A stretch of DNA of 64,000 bases from Kudoa neothunni. Taxonomy: Eukaryota; Animalia; Cnidaria. The translations under genes were made by a program, and so were the position numbers. The notes below the pieces were generated by a model. It had not been told where the DNA came from. It saw nothing but the letters and a program-made list of their open reading frames with translations, and made no database searches. Location of the stretch: NCBI GenBank assembly GCA_964304625.1, contig OZ199840.1, positions 209,309-273,308 of the forward strand. Direction: 5' to 3'. Within the stretch, counting starts at the first letter, position 1; every line of letters begins with the position of its first letter. Shown in pieces: positions 62,990 through 64,000 of the stretch.

Positions 62990-64000
62990 ATTAATTTTTG
63001 TTCATTATGGTTTATAAGTAATATTTAATATTATTCGAACGCGCAGCATTATTTGATGTTTTAAGCCATTAGCTGAATTTCTTGTTTTTTGAATTTTCGC
63101 GTGTGGATTTAGAGAGAAAATAGGATTTCCGTTGTTTATTTTTATAAAATTTTATGGTTTCAGAAGATTTGTCTCCATTTTATATTAACTTTAAATAAGT
63201 TTTTTGTGACTAATTATAATTTGGAATCTGATCAAACTATGTTCATGAATTTCCAATTCAAAATATTAATATCTTGAGTTTGAATTTATTGGAAAGAATT
63301 ATCATAGAAAAGTTAAATGAACAAATTCTTATTATTTGAAAATAATATAATATTAAAGTCGAAATAAAATGAATTTTCTTACATAACATTGTCTACGTCA
63401 CGAAAATTAATGAATCTTCAAATAATCGCGATGCATCATTTTATTTATTTTTAAGTTTTTATCTGTTTTTTGAATGTTTATTTAAATTATATAGAAAAAT
63501 TTTTGAATAGTAAAATTGTATTATTTTCGCGTGGAAATTAAGAATAATGAAAAATTAATTTATACGTAATAAATGAAAGATGAGTATTCACATTTTCAAA
63601 TTTGATCACTGATATATGACTTCAATAGGAGAATAGAAATTTTTTCATAATAATACGTTTAATTAAAAAAATCCCAAATAACTTTAATTGTATTAATACG
63701 TAAAATTTAAAAAAGTTTTTTCATTCTTTATGATGAAATGCTTCACAATATTATGTCATTATTAGTAAGGATGAAGCTTTAAGAATTTATATGTAATACT
63801 GAAGTAAATAAAACACGAAAATCAATTATTTACGTTTTTAATTATATTGTTGTAGATCGTGATTTTATAATAAATTAAAAAACCCCTATTGTATAAGTTA
63901 GGTGAGAAAACAACGGAATAGTGAATATTTATCGTTCGTATTTGTTGATATCTATAATTATTACACCAATTTGGAATACAAACGTTATTAAAAAAAAAAA

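Overview
AT-rich eukaryotic DNA with very short GT-AG introns (about 40-80 nt). The intron-rich CARM1 gene, Kunitz domains and FN3-like modules point to an animal. The compact genes would fit a reduced parasite genome such as a myxozoan, but that is inference only. The ORF track is split at introns, so I rebuilt the genes by hand. Host genes: one CARM1/PRMT4 gene, a five-domain Kunitz-like gene, a decayed WD40 gene, and five paralogues (A-E) of an unrecognised ~870-aa type I membrane protein. That protein has a signal peptide, six full plus one partial 4-Cys FN3-like modules on symmetric phase-1 exons, two micro-exons, one TM helix and a KKKRD tail. The five copies are patchwork mosaics of each other, very variable far from the membrane and nearly invariant close to it, which suggests a variant surface antigen family diversified by segmental gene conversion. 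The rest is dense DNA transposon sequence: several piggyBac families (one near-intact), pogo/Tigger, Tc1/IS630, hAT, Mutator, Merlin and MITEs, plus a tRNA-headed SINE candidate and a short solo LTR, with a five-element nested stack. Many frameshifts are single-base homopolymer changes, so some may be consensus errors.
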